A stretch of 62,177 nt of DNA from IMG/VR virus record IMGVR_UViG_3300032323_001402, positions 1 to 62,177 of that record, one strand, 5' to 3'. Origin of the DNA: a virus. Its lineage: Duplodnaviria > Caudoviricetes. The position numbers and the translations under genes were made by a program. Below, one piece after another: positions 20,201 through 28,010 of this stretch; the stretch's first letter is position 1, and each line of letters opens with the position of its first letter. Below the pieces are notes generated by a model, which saw nothing but the letters and a program-made list of their open reading frames with translations, was not told the origin of the DNA and did no database searches.

Positions 20201-21194
20201 AATCACTTCTCTACAACAGATCGGATCGTTAACTGTGTTAGGTAATAGTACATTAGGTACTGCAAACGTTACACAGGTACCTTTCAGTACAGTGGTAGAC
20301 AGTGGTGCTGGTATTAAAAAATCTCAATATTCATCTACAGGATTCCTACGTAGAACCAGCGGTATAAGTTTGACATCAGATGCCGACTATGCCGTGGTAG
20401 AAGCTGCTGCAGGATCTGCAGCTAGTCCAGAGGCCAGCAAACTAGTTATTAGAGATAGCAATGGTGACTTTGGTGCTAGAAACGTCGATATCAGCCAATT
20501 GAAACTTGACAACCAAGTAGGCATTGACACAGCTACTACTGGTACTGGTGGATATATCCGTTACTACGGTTATAACACCAACGGCGGTATATTAATATCG
20601 AATGGGTCATTAGCAGCAGACAAATCTACTGGCTACTGGAATGACGTACACAATTTTAAAACACAGAATGGTGCAGCTGATGCTCCAATCACTGCTTCTA
20701 GTATACAGGTACAGCTTCTCACTACAGGTGGAAATGGAGTATCAGGACAAATCACTGGACGTTGGGAATTAACTAGTGCAGCAGGTGTTGACTCGAGATT
20801 ACAAGCAACTTACTCAGCCGACTTAGCGGAAAACTACGAAGGCGACAAGGATTATGAAGTAGGTACAGTGTTAGTATTTGGTGGCGACAAAGAAGTCACA
20901 ACTACCAACATGAAAAATGATACAAGAGTAGCTGGAGTCGTATCTAATACTGCTGCTTTTGCTATGTATGAAGCATGTCCAGGATTAAAGAATCTAGTTG
21001 CACTACAAGGTCGTGTACCATGTAAGGTAGTAGGTAAAATTAAAAAAGGAGACATCTTGGTAACATCAGGAATTCCAGGAGTGGCCATGGCTGCAGTAGG
21101 CGATGTTAAAGTCGGTACTGTGGTAGGTAAAGCTCTAAAAGATTATGACAGTGACCATATTGGTACACTTGAAATTGCAGTGGGGAGAACATAA
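14235..21194 (+). CDS. giant virion structural protein (baseplate/tail fibre), 2319 aa
   Basis: N-terminal GNDGTGDSIRDSFRKVNDNF (T4 gp9/gp10-like); Gly/Thr-rich beta repeats; C-terminal ADLAENY...GTVLVFGG...VAGVVS domain typical of fibre ends. Confidence 0.8.
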   Translation: MARKVIDVGVVGNDGTGDSIRDSFRKVNDNFRELYSSLGLGEKLTFINLDDTPSSYVGLNDSTGNTPLLTINNTESGIAFKRLVSGTGIALDFTSNNSEIRIISEFAEISADPSPQLGGDLSAQSGSNQYRIKDLTIPVTANEAVNKAYADTKISKAGVNAIDPASGLATTNFGTMTGPLVLSRSPEPDDDILYNGLIAATKSYVDNAAFGSVSNLFVALSGQDERPGLAREFQGRALAYAYRTIEAACRRAEELVLEARQEIGPYKKVLTFNGRAGECTLTSVATSPSSGVGFSGAVKMSIDTATLQSVGTNYFPGDILAVSGGTIAPGGGAATIEVLTTLTTPGAIATYRIVSTGAYSVLPGSVGVATTILTSAAPVSIGAIGTGAQFNLTYKVNSVSITSGGTGYSLVSVRIAGGGGSGAFGTAFVSGGIVTGITITDQGSGFITIPTLTVDLPRFALRTDGFRTDFTGDVLSSTPEAIRGRDIREGLFLYGETSGALAQILGHNGELDSGGNELFDVDIKYGAFQVGEVISYGDVTKNIHITINVESGIYEENYPLKVPQNCSIVGDEFRRCIVRPRSGTSSSPWAFNKFRRDLTIDGLTTATRLYGYHYLQDSSQPVYPKVDNKGAYTSAAVLIDLNRGFLQNEVIAWINYQIANNIAPFTPAFSYDSAVCKRDVGLILDSLVFDLKYGEYNRTISAGLKYYQNASGLLAIGAQLSQTLAAITRLNTLITSVIANSVITVNQTIISQIIDLAYTAEAGSGTVINALIAALKDVMDGSGSVNYPKDNDQLDVFLSNDAVRWQAITAQGHGGFMLTLDPTGQILAKSPYAQECASFSKSIDAQTFAGGMFVDGFVGNLQWKHTSTITGAGIITGTRISVSGLDRFPQLPASFLVDDTVYRVNYVRDYVYSTTGSTATFVLDETNAFLRTAGAQTCTISTATPAVITRVDHRLQAGAIVTFSSTGTLPTGIIADTEYYVLADGLTNNTFKITATFGSTTAVNTTAGGSGTISFQRTYELLMPGNRSMLGNDYTQINDMGYGILATNGGLVEAVSVFTYYCYISYYSLNGAQIRSIAGSSAHGVYALVAEGADPLEIPTPTDIFEDFSQKIKCYFPSGSFANTSGGLVIFVNGYDYIPLGNSELEIEHTILGAPVLYRYPVTGVTQSDTYPAGVVRLNLTAGVGATSAGLAAVVANGTVMTIRNNGIVILTNDLVEVAVRPSTGLKLRETANTVYRVLQFSSYEDANGPYEVSITNASPAVLKVLATVTTIATNVCTTSQNHKLRIGDQFIPTSTANNFVSGTPYYVISVPEYNQFTVSTSPGGSTFALVNGTGLTIKGAKTHKLLENYTLEFTTTGTLPTGIATATTYYVISSGLTNTEFQLSLTKNGAAINTSTAGSGVHSYAMRGLTKTNLRENYDYIDLTLWQPGEFISSAPTGTEVSGITVASPAVISTTSAHGFSAGDVVKFTTSTEGVLLPTGLSKSLHYHVLAAGLGANDFRVSLVPGGTAVDTTGGSFTNARVGKVTGRAGDLSFAVVPVGGSSISRVNTSKFVFKGEEYIISLYEPTSVTLANYARVTLSRPLVDSLISYEAVTTVKSAVPPRSNGALGTLTIRIALTRVTGHDLLEIGTGSYADTNYPSEIFGASVNPLDEDSETQERDVGRVFYVTTDQYGNFKVGPYFKVDQGTGTVTFSSSIALSNLDGIGFKRGVTVSEFSVESSMSEQRTDTVPTENAVAIHVQRRLGTLADGSAVDATNLIPQISGGFMALSGLLGMKGSMNLNFNKIVNLANPTSAQDAVNLRSLTFANFQNTTITAPQSADILTFTGAGNFAQNSTVIGDISLSIDSTANTVDAQINPNVIIDADVNANAAIDHAKLNLDNAYLTSASSITGVTASGSGSVATLTFAGTISPAPFSAGQRVVVTGMSVIGYNGTYTVVSCNTTTLTYNSTTTGSATGGIIRPLKGIASFNSSEFNADNGWISLKTNGAAITSLQQIGSLTVLGNSTLGTANVTQVPFSTVVDSGAGIKKSQYSSTGFLRRTSGISLTSDADYAVVEAAAGSAASPEASKLVIRDSNGDFGARNVDISQLKLDNQVGIDTATTGTGGYIRYYGYNTNGGILISNGSLAADKSTGYWNDVHNFKTQNGAADAPITASSIQVQLLTTGGNGVSGQITGRWELTSAAGVDSRLQATYSADLAENYEGDKDYEVGTVLVFGGDKEVTTTNMKNDTRVAGVVSNTAAFAMYEACPGLKNLVALQGRVPCKVVGKIKKGDILVTSGIPGVAMAAVGDVKVGTVVGKALKDYDSDHIGTLEIAVGRT

Positions 21195-23236
21195 TGCCAT
21201 TTAATAATAATATAACTCCAGGTGCTCCACCGCTAAGATGGGATCGAGTACTAGAAGCATTCACCAAAGTCAATGAAAATTTTGACAGTCTCGTAGCAAC
21301 GGTTGGTGATGGATCAGGACTGACTCCAATAGACTTTGGCACATTAGATACCAATGTGTCACCGGCAACAGACAACACATACAGTCTTGGTACACTCGGA
21401 ACCAATAGATGGAAATCAGTGTTCCTAGCAGAGTATCAAGATAATCCAGGGGATCAAGCAAATGGTGTGTATATTGGATCAGCTCAGATCAGAGGTCGTG
21501 CTTCAACTATCGAACTACCGTTAAATTCAACTGTGGTCGGAGTACCGATCAAGGAACCATTCTTTAATAGTATCCAAGTCGACAACGATCTTAGAATTGA
21601 AGCGAATACTGCGGCGGCACCGTGGGGAGAAACTGTTAATTTAAATTCAGGCACTGCTATGCAATTAGTGGTAAGCTCGGGTGCAGATTCAATTACTTTC
21701 AATAATACTGGTGTTACTAGCCTTGCAGGTACTGCAGGTCAGATCGCCGTTAGCACAGCTACAGGAAATATCACCTTAACTAACTTAGGTGTACTATCAT
21801 TAACCAGCACAACTGCACTGCCTAGTGGTAGAACTGAAGGTGCTGGTATTAGCATCAATGCATCAACAGGCAGTGGAATCAAAGTCACTAACACTGGAGT
21901 GTTAAGTATTGTTGCAGGTTCTGCAGCATTAACTGTGAGTACTGACGCAGCCACAGGTATTGTTACTGTGACCAATGCTGCTCCAGCTGGTAATACATTT
22001 GGTTCTATTATTGTAGCTGGTGATACATCATTTCCTATTGTGGCTAACAGTCCAGGTGCTAACTTTAAAGTTAACGGCGGTGAAGGCATTGCCCTAACCA
22101 AAGACACTACCACAGACACATTAACTATCGCAGTTAATCCAGTATTCGATCTTAGAGGATCAGTGTTTGGAGATGACAGCACTGTTATGGTTAATGCCAT
22201 CGATCGAGTGATAACAGCGGCTGGTGGCTTTATTGGTGACCTCAAAGGTTCAGTGTTTGGTGACGATTCAACTAAAATTATTGACGCTGTAGAAAACAAA
22301 GTCTATGGCGGAATATTTGCAACAACATTAAGAACAGAAGAATCTAAAATTGCATTAGGTCAAGGTGCAGGAAGCGACGGACTGCAAGGTTTAGAATCTG
22401 TTGCCATTGGCTTTACAGCAGGTGGATTTACTCAAGGAGACTACGCTGTTGCTATTGGTTCTGGTGCAGGTAATATCGGACAAGGGAATCGTGCTGTTGC
22501 TATCGGAGCCACCGCAGGTGTAGATCAAGGAGATTACGCTATTTCTATAGGCAATGGAGCAGGGTATCCGTCAGCTGTTTCGGGATCCATTGCAATTAAC
22601 GCATCTGGATTTACACTAGATGCACCGGCGGCTGGTTTTTATGTAAATCCGATACGTTCAACTGCCAACGGTAGACCATTGATGTATGATACATCAACTA
22701 AGGAATTGTTTTCTAGCAACGTACTAGAATTTTTTGGTAGTAGGATTTCAACCAGCGATTCGTCTGGTATAACCATAGATGTACAAACAACATTCAACAC
22801 TGATGTTAGAATAGAAAACGATATTCAACTTTCAAACGTTGACGCTAGCATCAGAGGAACAAACAAAATTAAATTTGTTCCTAGTAATGCAGACGAATTA
22901 TCATATAATGTTAGACTAGATGTTTATAGCGAAAGCACCATTGATCCAAGATTAGCCTTAGATACTCCAGACGGAGTTGATCTAACGCTATCATCGGGAC
23001 TAGCAGGAATTTTAATATCTAAAATTTATGGCCGTGTGAATTTAGCAGCTGGTAATAATGCGTTTATTGTTAAAGAAAATGGATCTTGGTCAATGACGCC
23101 CTTATCAGCAGCACCGGGATCTCCTACAGTTGGACTTTACATTGCAGACTGTACTAACTGGGATCCTGCATCAAAAGCCAATGGCAGACCATACCCTGTG
23201 TGGTATGATGGTACAAGTTTTAATGCGTTATACTAA
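21194..23236 (+). CDS. tail fibre-like protein
   Basis: FTKVNENF N-terminal motif; TNTGVLS repeats; DL.GSVFGDDST x2; AVAIG..AG...QG YadA-like repeats. Confidence 0.7.
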   Translation: MPFNNNITPGAPPLRWDRVLEAFTKVNENFDSLVATVGDGSGLTPIDFGTLDTNVSPATDNTYSLGTLGTNRWKSVFLAEYQDNPGDQANGVYIGSAQIRGRASTIELPLNSTVVGVPIKEPFFNSIQVDNDLRIEANTAAAPWGETVNLNSGTAMQLVVSSGADSITFNNTGVTSLAGTAGQIAVSTATGNITLTNLGVLSLTSTTALPSGRTEGAGISINASTGSGIKVTNTGVLSIVAGSAALTVSTDAATGIVTVTNAAPAGNTFGSIIVAGDTSFPIVANSPGANFKVNGGEGIALTKDTTTDTLTIAVNPVFDLRGSVFGDDSTVMVNAIDRVITAAGGFIGDLKGSVFGDDSTKIIDAVENKVYGGIFATTLRTEESKIALGQGAGSDGLQGLESVAIGFTAGGFTQGDYAVAIGSGAGNIGQGNRAVAIGATAGVDQGDYAISIGNGAGYPSAVSGSIAINASGFTLDAPAAGFYVNPIRSTANGRPLMYDTSTKELFSSNVLEFFGSRISTSDSSGITIDVQTTFNTDVRIENDIQLSNVDASIRGTNKIKFVPSNADELSYNVRLDVYSESTIDPRLALDTPDGVDLTLSSGLAGILISKIYGRVNLAAGNNAFIVKENGSWSMTPLSAAPGSPTVGLYIADCTNWDPASKANGRPYPVWYDGTSFNALY

Positions 23237-23249
23237 TTGGAGCGAATAA

Positions 23250-26200
23250 ATGGCAAAACAAAATATTAACGTAGGTACCACAGCTAACGATAAGAAAGGT
23301 GATAGCCTACGTGCTGCGTTCCAAAAAGTAAATGCTAACTTCACTGAATTATATACAGCATTAGGTTTAACTGATGTCACGTTAAACTTAGGTGCGTTTA
23401 CATTTACCGGTAGTACAATGAGTACTGATGACAGTACTGCTATTGTTATCGATAAACCAATTACAGTAAACGGTGAGATTACAGTAGACGGGGATATTAC
23501 TCCTAAAACCAATCTAGGTGCAAGTCTCGGTACTCCAACTAAACAATTCAAAAGTTTATATGTAAGTACCAACACTGTGTTCTTAGGTGGCGTTCCTTTA
23601 AGTTTAGAAGCTGGAACCAACGAACTCACGATTAATAATGTTCCTATTAGCCAAACCATAAACTATACAGACATCCCTAATGCTCCAAAAGATCTTTCAG
23701 ACTTAACTGACAATGATGGATCGCTAGGTGGTGGGGTTACCAGTTACAACGATCTAACTAACAAGCCAACTCTATTCAGTGGCAGCTATAATGATCTAAC
23801 CGATAAACCTAATCTTGCAGGCACATATCAGTTTAGTGTGGCCGCAGATGATTCCACACAGAGATTAGTATCCACTGACGAAGTTATTAAATTCATAGGT
23901 GCAGGTGGTATTACTACTGCCAGTGATGCAGAAGGCAATATTACTATTACTGGATCAGCTGGCAGTGTATCCAGTTTGGTCAACGGTGCCTACACAGCAA
24001 GCCTTGGTAATACTGGTGCATTGACATTACCAGCAGGCGGAATTATTTCAGAAGGCGGTGGACTCACTGGTGCTATCAAACTCAGACCCGCAGGTGGTGC
24101 CAACGCTAACCAAGCATTGTTGATTTATCCCACAGCCGGTGGAGACGGTGATCATATACACTTGACCGCAGGTGGCGGATCTACTGAACTATATCTAGGC
24201 AATGACAGCCGCTATGTCAAGTTGGTCAATGACGGCGACATAGCAGTACTGGCCAATAATGGTGCTGCAAACAGAGTGTACAATTGGGTTGGTCAAGGTG
24301 GATGGAATCAAGGCTCCTACACTGCCGTGGCCACAACTGGTGGCACAGGTACAGGCTTGACAGTGAATGTTGCCGCAGGTGGTGCTGGATACATCAATAT
24401 TACAGCCATTACTATAAACAATCCTGGTACAGGATACACAGCTGGCGATGTTATAACTATCAACAATGAGAACAATCTTCCTGGCACATTCCAGATAGGA
24501 ATTGCCGCAAACAATTGGACCTTTGGTACAGATGGCACTTTGGCCAGCAACGAATTCAAAATAAAAACTCTAAACGGTATACCAAACAGTATTAATACCC
24601 CCTCGATTACTGATACCCAATTCTGGGACCTCAATTACGGTACCGGTCTAGCCACAACAGGTGGCTCAGGCACTGGACTGACTGTGAATGTCAGTGATGG
24701 TGGAAGTGGATATGCCAGTATAACTATAAACACATCTGGCACAGGATACTCACCGGGTGATGTTATAACTGTGACAAATGGTCCATTTAATGGAGCCCCA
24801 ATTGCATCAAGTGCGACATTCACCATTGGCATCTCAGGAACTCACAATTGGACTTTTAACAAGGATGGCAATATAGCACCACCAGTCGGAAGTGGCTTTC
24901 GATTAGTTAATGGAACTAATCAATCAAGAGCAATACTGACTGAGGACCAAATTCTTTCACAGGTATCGGATCGCCTAACTCGTAATTTTTCAGATGCAAG
25001 CAACAACGAAGATTTTATTTCAGCAACCAGTAACGGAAGCAATCAAATTACTTTTGTTGGACTTGATACGCCTACGAAAAAGTTTCTTCAATCAACATTG
25101 AACAATTACGGTGTCAGCACCATCACCGTGAGATTAAACGGTGCCGGGCCAGAATACGGATACAGCAGTTTCAACGGCACTGATCAGATCGGCCTAGCTG
25201 GGGCAGGGGGAGATCCAATTGCTCCGGCAGGTGCAGTGACTTCCATACGATTCAGTTACACGCAGGCTAGTAAAATAGACATAGATCCAGATACTGGCTT
25301 ACTAGAAATTCGAAGTGCTCCTGGCATAGATATAAACATAATGGCCGGCGATGACATTCGAATGCAGGCCACTGAAGCATTACGATTGAGATCAGAATAT
25401 GATAATGTGACCATTACTACCAACTATCAAGTTGTCGGTGCTACTGAATACACTTGGACCTTTGGCACAGGTGGTGAGTTGAACTTGCCTAACGGTGCGG
25501 TATTGAGAAACACTCTCGGTAATGCTATAGCATTTGGACAAGGTGCTGGACTAAATTCACAAGGTGCTGAAGCAGTAGCCATTGGTATAAATGCTGGTTA
25601 TGACTTCCAAGGTGCTAACGCAGTGGCCATTGGCGTCTTTGCTGGCGAGACATCTCAAGGTGCCAACGCCATAGCAATTGGTAATCGAGCCGGCTTCGTT
25701 AATCAAGCCGCCAACTCAATCATTATAAATGCAACTGGTGCAACATTAGATCAAACCACTGCCAACACATTCACAGTGGCACCAATTAGAAATATCAGTG
25801 CTACTAGTGGAGTATTACAATACAACGCCAGTACCAAAGAAGTTTCATACAGCAATAGTGTCACTGCCGAAACTTTCAACACTGATCAGATCACTGTGGT
25901 GGGCAATAGAATCAGCACAACGGTCACAAACGCCAACCTTGAACTAGAATGCAATGGTACTGGTAGTGTTGTAGTTAACGGCGGCAAATTAATTCTAAAC
26001 ACTGGTGGTAATGCTTATGTTGAGTCAGTTGATTACGGACTCAATAGTGCCAACAGTGCAGTAAATATCTTTGGCGGTCCTTACCAGAAAATTAACCTAC
26101 GAGCTGGTTTTGGTACTGAGGCAACTTGGACATTAGCTACAGATGGTAGAACAACATTCCCTAACGGAACTGTGCCGGCTCGCAGTTATGGTGCTGCCGG

Positions 26201-26318
26201 GGACAAGGAAGGAATGGTGGTATTTTCTGACCCGTACATTTACTACTGTAAACAAGACTATGTTAATAACTCAACTGACATTTGGGTCCGTGTAGCGTGG
26301 ACTGGAACTAGCTGGTAA
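23250..26318 (+). CDS. tail fibre protein
   Basis: NDKKGDSLRAAFQKVNANF; SYNDLT.KP repeats; WTFGTDG repeats; AVAIG..AG repeats. Confidence 0.75.
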   Translation: MAKQNINVGTTANDKKGDSLRAAFQKVNANFTELYTALGLTDVTLNLGAFTFTGSTMSTDDSTAIVIDKPITVNGEITVDGDITPKTNLGASLGTPTKQFKSLYVSTNTVFLGGVPLSLEAGTNELTINNVPISQTINYTDIPNAPKDLSDLTDNDGSLGGGVTSYNDLTNKPTLFSGSYNDLTDKPNLAGTYQFSVAADDSTQRLVSTDEVIKFIGAGGITTASDAEGNITITGSAGSVSSLVNGAYTASLGNTGALTLPAGGIISEGGGLTGAIKLRPAGGANANQALLIYPTAGGDGDHIHLTAGGGSTELYLGNDSRYVKLVNDGDIAVLANNGAANRVYNWVGQGGWNQGSYTAVATTGGTGTGLTVNVAAGGAGYINITAITINNPGTGYTAGDVITINNENNLPGTFQIGIAANNWTFGTDGTLASNEFKIKTLNGIPNSINTPSITDTQFWDLNYGTGLATTGGSGTGLTVNVSDGGSGYASITINTSGTGYSPGDVITVTNGPFNGAPIASSATFTIGISGTHNWTFNKDGNIAPPVGSGFRLVNGTNQSRAILTEDQILSQVSDRLTRNFSDASNNEDFISATSNGSNQITFVGLDTPTKKFLQSTLNNYGVSTITVRLNGAGPEYGYSSFNGTDQIGLAGAGGDPIAPAGAVTSIRFSYTQASKIDIDPDTGLLEIRSAPGIDINIMAGDDIRMQATEALRLRSEYDNVTITTNYQVVGATEYTWTFGTGGELNLPNGAVLRNTLGNAIAFGQGAGLNSQGAEAVAIGINAGYDFQGANAVAIGVFAGETSQGANAIAIGNRAGFVNQAANSIIINATGATLDQTTANTFTVAPIRNISATSGVLQYNASTKEVSYSNSVTAETFNTDQITVVGNRISTTVTNANLELECNGTGSVVVNGGKLILNTGGNAYVESVDYGLNSANSAVNIFGGPYQKINLRAGFGTEATWTLATDGRTTFPNGTVPARSYGAAGDKEGMVVFSDPYIYYCKQDYVNNSTDIWVRVAWTGTSW

Positions 26319-26329
26319 GAGGAAATATT

Positions 26330-26515
26330 GTGACTGTTAAGAAATTAGAACTCTACGATCTACATCCTGCTAATCCGTTAGTTGAAGTTATTAATACGGT
26401 CAATGAAAACTTTGAGAATCCTATGACATTTAAGAAATTAGAACTAAAAGATTTACATCCTGCTAATCCCTTAGTAGAAGTTATTAATACTGTGAATGAA
26501 AACTTTGATACTCTA
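26330..26515 (+). repeat. 93-bp in-frame tandem duplication (31-aa unit)
   Basis: MTVKKLELYDLHPANPLVEVINTVNENF / MTFKKLELKDLHPANPLVEVINTVNENF; second copy starts at ATG 26423. Confidence 0.9.
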
Positions 26516-27421
26516 CACGACTCGTTGCAAAATGCAGATAACACTGGCAATACTGACGCAGTTGTAAACAACGAAACTGTGTTGGACTATTACGAAACTC
26601 TAGAACCCAATGATAGAAAAACATTAATTGACGAATTAAGAGCAGAAGAAATCTCTGTGCTAGCACGTGAACGAGCAGAACGCAAAGCCCGTAGCATAGC
26701 ACTAGGTGTACATACCGGTAAGACTATAGATGAATACAGCACCAGTGCTTGGCAAATCAAACAAGACTATCCAGACAGCGAAGATGGTGTATACTGGATT
26801 CAGAATGATGATATCAACAATGGCGATCCATTCCAAGTCTACTGTGATATGACTACACTTGGTGGCGGTTGGACATTGATTGTGCAAAATTCTATTAGTA
26901 ACTGGACAGAAGAACAAGTGTTTAGTCGCAACGCTACTATTTGCCCTACTCAACTGGCCGCATACAACAATCGTTCAGTCGAACAAAACTACAGCATTTT
27001 AAGTTGGGCTAATAAGATTAAACGAGCAGAGACAGGATTTGATTTTATGATCACTGCTCGTGAACACGGATCACTGGGCGGTGCTTGGACTGCTAACGAA
27101 GCATACTCATTTACTCAAACTCTTGTTGATGGTGCTGACATGGGTGATGAACAGTTGGGCACACCAGGCTGGCGTAAGAACATTACAGAACTAGCACGTT
27201 GGGGCTACAATGGAAACACGTGGGATTACAATTATGACGCTATGGAAGCACGTATGCCCTGGGTGGGTATTGGCATTAATCATGGTTGGTTGACCACAGA
27301 TGGATTCCGTGGCGGTTGGTGGGGAACATTGATAGCATGTAGTGGATGGGAACCAGCACCGTGGTTGGCCACAATCCAAGATGGTGGTAGCCCAGGTGTT
27401 ATTTGGTATTGGGTAAGATAA
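26330..27421 (+). CDS. virion protein with fibrinogen/intelectin-like lectin domain
   Basis: DGVYWI...FQVYCDMTTLGGGWTLI fibrinogen-C signature; duplicated N-terminus. Confidence 0.7.
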   Translation: MTVKKLELYDLHPANPLVEVINTVNENFENPMTFKKLELKDLHPANPLVEVINTVNENFDTLHDSLQNADNTGNTDAVVNNETVLDYYETLEPNDRKTLIDELRAEEISVLARERAERKARSIALGVHTGKTIDEYSTSAWQIKQDYPDSEDGVYWIQNDDINNGDPFQVYCDMTTLGGGWTLIVQNSISNWTEEQVFSRNATICPTQLAAYNNRSVEQNYSILSWANKIKRAETGFDFMITAREHGSLGGAWTANEAYSFTQTLVDGADMGDEQLGTPGWRKNITELARWGYNGNTWDYNYDAMEARMPWVGIGINHGWLTTDGFRGGWWGTLIACSGWEPAPWLATIQDGGSPGVIWYWVR

Positions 27422-27452
27422 TTAACGGTAAATATACTAAAGAGAGCGTATT

Positions 27453-28001
27453 ATGACAGTACAGACAATTAATATCGGCAATGTGGTAAATGATGGCCTA
27501 GGCGATGATCTACGCACGGCGTTTCAAAAGGTTAATGCTAACTTCACCGACTTAGGTACACAGTTAACTATTACTGGTGCTAACATGGGCGGTGTTGGTG
27601 TTGGAGTATTCAAACAAAGAACTGGCGCTACTTTAGAATTTAAAAGTTTAATTTCTGGTTCTAAAATCGCTCTTGACGAGTTTGCAGATACTATTAGAAT
27701 ACGATCAACTGCGCCCGATGCATTTACTCAAATCGGCACTGATTCCGGATTAGTACTGGCCAGTACATTTCCTGCTCTTACTTTACAAGGCGGAGATGAT
27801 ATTGACATCACAGCCTTTGGATCATCAATTACTGTCAGCAATATTATTCCTGTTACAAAAATTTTAACTACGTTTGATTTTGGTTATATCACTGGCGAGT
27901 TGGACTACACCACACAACTAGCACTATCAGCTGCTAACATAGATTTCGGTACTATTACACTAGAAGGTGAATTAAATTTAGACTGTGGTAGTATTGTTTA
28001 A
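27453..28001 (+). CDS. structural protein with gp9/gp10-like N-terminus
   Basis: NDGLGDDLRTAFQKVNANF; TAAATA at 27429. Confidence 0.7.
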   Translation: MTVQTINIGNVVNDGLGDDLRTAFQKVNANFTDLGTQLTITGANMGGVGVGVFKQRTGATLEFKSLISGSKIALDEFADTIRIRSTAPDAFTQIGTDSGLVLASTFPALTLQGGDDIDITAFGSSITVSNIIPVTKILTTFDFGYITGELDYTTQLALSAANIDFGTITLEGELNLDCGSIV

Positions 28002-28010
28002 GGAAGTTCG

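Noticed and set aside
26330-26515. Diversity-generating retroelement TR/VR pair
   Set aside because: The repeat is tandem, in-frame and N-terminal, the differences are not adenine-specific, and no reverse transcriptase is in the window.
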